Shown here: piece after piece, positions 23,000-23,764 of the stretch
Position numbering within the stretch: the first letter of the stretch is position 1
Layout of the letters: each line of letters starts with the position of its first letter
Source: Bugula neritina
Lineage: Eukaryota; Animalia; Bryozoa
DNA length: 23,764 bases
Direction: 5' to 3'
Assembly (NCBI GenBank): GCA_964035545.1
Contig: CAXIUT010000006.1
Span: forward strand, 50,318 to 74,081
The notes under the pieces: generated by a model
Seen by the model: only the letters and a program-made list of their open reading frames with translations
Database searches by the model: none
Told to the model about the DNA's origin: nothing
Translations under genes and position numbers: made by a program

Positions 23000-23141
23000 T
23001 AATCCTAGATATATTATTCATATTTAATTTATTCAAAAAATATCAAATAAATTGATTATAGATGATTTTAATTATTCTTTTTTAATATATTGATTTCTTA
23101 ATAGTATATTTTTTAATAATTTCGATTATCATCTTATTTTC

Positions 23142-23764
23142 ATGTTTAGAATATATAGCTTTAAATGATCTGAAAAGATTGATAGTTCTAGTGATACTTT
23201 AGACAAAGAAAAGTTGATAGTTTATTATAAAAACGTTTTGGAGTTTACATTTATGAGTTGGAGATTATTTATGTTGATTTTGTTTAATCAACTAAAAAGG
23301 AAGACGATGTCAAACCTAAACAGGAAGGCAAGAGACCTCATTATGAAATAGTAGTAGTCAATAACATTATAACTTTTTTAGCAAACAAGAATAAATAGAA
23401 AAAGCCAACTAAAAGAAAAAATAACTTCTAAAAATCACTTAAACTAAAATAATAAAAATAGTAAAAAAAAGTTTTAAAATCAACTAAGATTTAGTGTATG
23501 TTAACGTATTTGATAAAATAATTAAATTCTTCAGGAAATTTACTTAATGCATTATCCTAGACTTATATTTTTCTTCATGAGCAAAAATATAAACATCTTA
23601 AAAAGTCAACAAAAGAATAATAATAGTTTAAGATAAAAAAGTTAGGATAAAAGAAAGAAAATACATAAAGATAACAAAAAATTGAAGTTTTAAGATTAAA
23701 AATCATTAATTCCTTAAAAAAAATTATTTAGTAAAATTTGAACAAAAAAATACTCTTAAAAAGG
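23142..23764 (+). pseudogene. Degenerate gene-like unit, copy 2 of the tandem pair (runs off the window)
   Basis: Clearly alignable by eye to 22023-~22320, with patchy similarity further on. TGA at codon 9 where copy 1 has CAA, plus a later frameshift. Confidence 0.5.

Overview
AT-rich, extremely gene-dense eukaryotic DNA from a ciliate macronuclear (somatic) genome. The window starts with a (CCCCAA)n telomere and contains a second, internal C4A2 tract at about 14.9 kb. The supplied standard-code ORF track is misleading. At invariant catalytic and motif positions of several unrelated proteins both TAA and TAG stand for Glu, and TGA is the only stop. This is the UAR=Glu 'peritrich nuclear' code (NCBI table 30), so the organism is probably a peritrich. 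Re-read by hand in that code, the window holds 18 well-supported genes plus one possible small gene, mostly separated by 14-200 nt. Recognisable products: an EF-hand protein, PSMB3, an ABHD17-like hydrolase, RRP9, prefoldin 1, enoyl-CoA hydratase, APC11, Rab-GGTase beta, a CCDC17-like protein, a Ser/Thr kinase, a SEL1-repeat protein and a DHHC palmitoyltransferase; the rest are hypothetical. A degenerate ~1.12-kb tandem duplication closes the window. The most notable signals are (1) near-uniform 20-nt spliceosomal introns with an almost invariant A six nt from the 3' end, (2) a telomere tract fused in frame to the 5' end of the Rab-GGTase beta gene, (3) local G/C strand-skew patches that also affect introns, and (4) a TTATAA motif just upstream of many start codons. 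All translations and coordinates were derived manually; no database searches were run.
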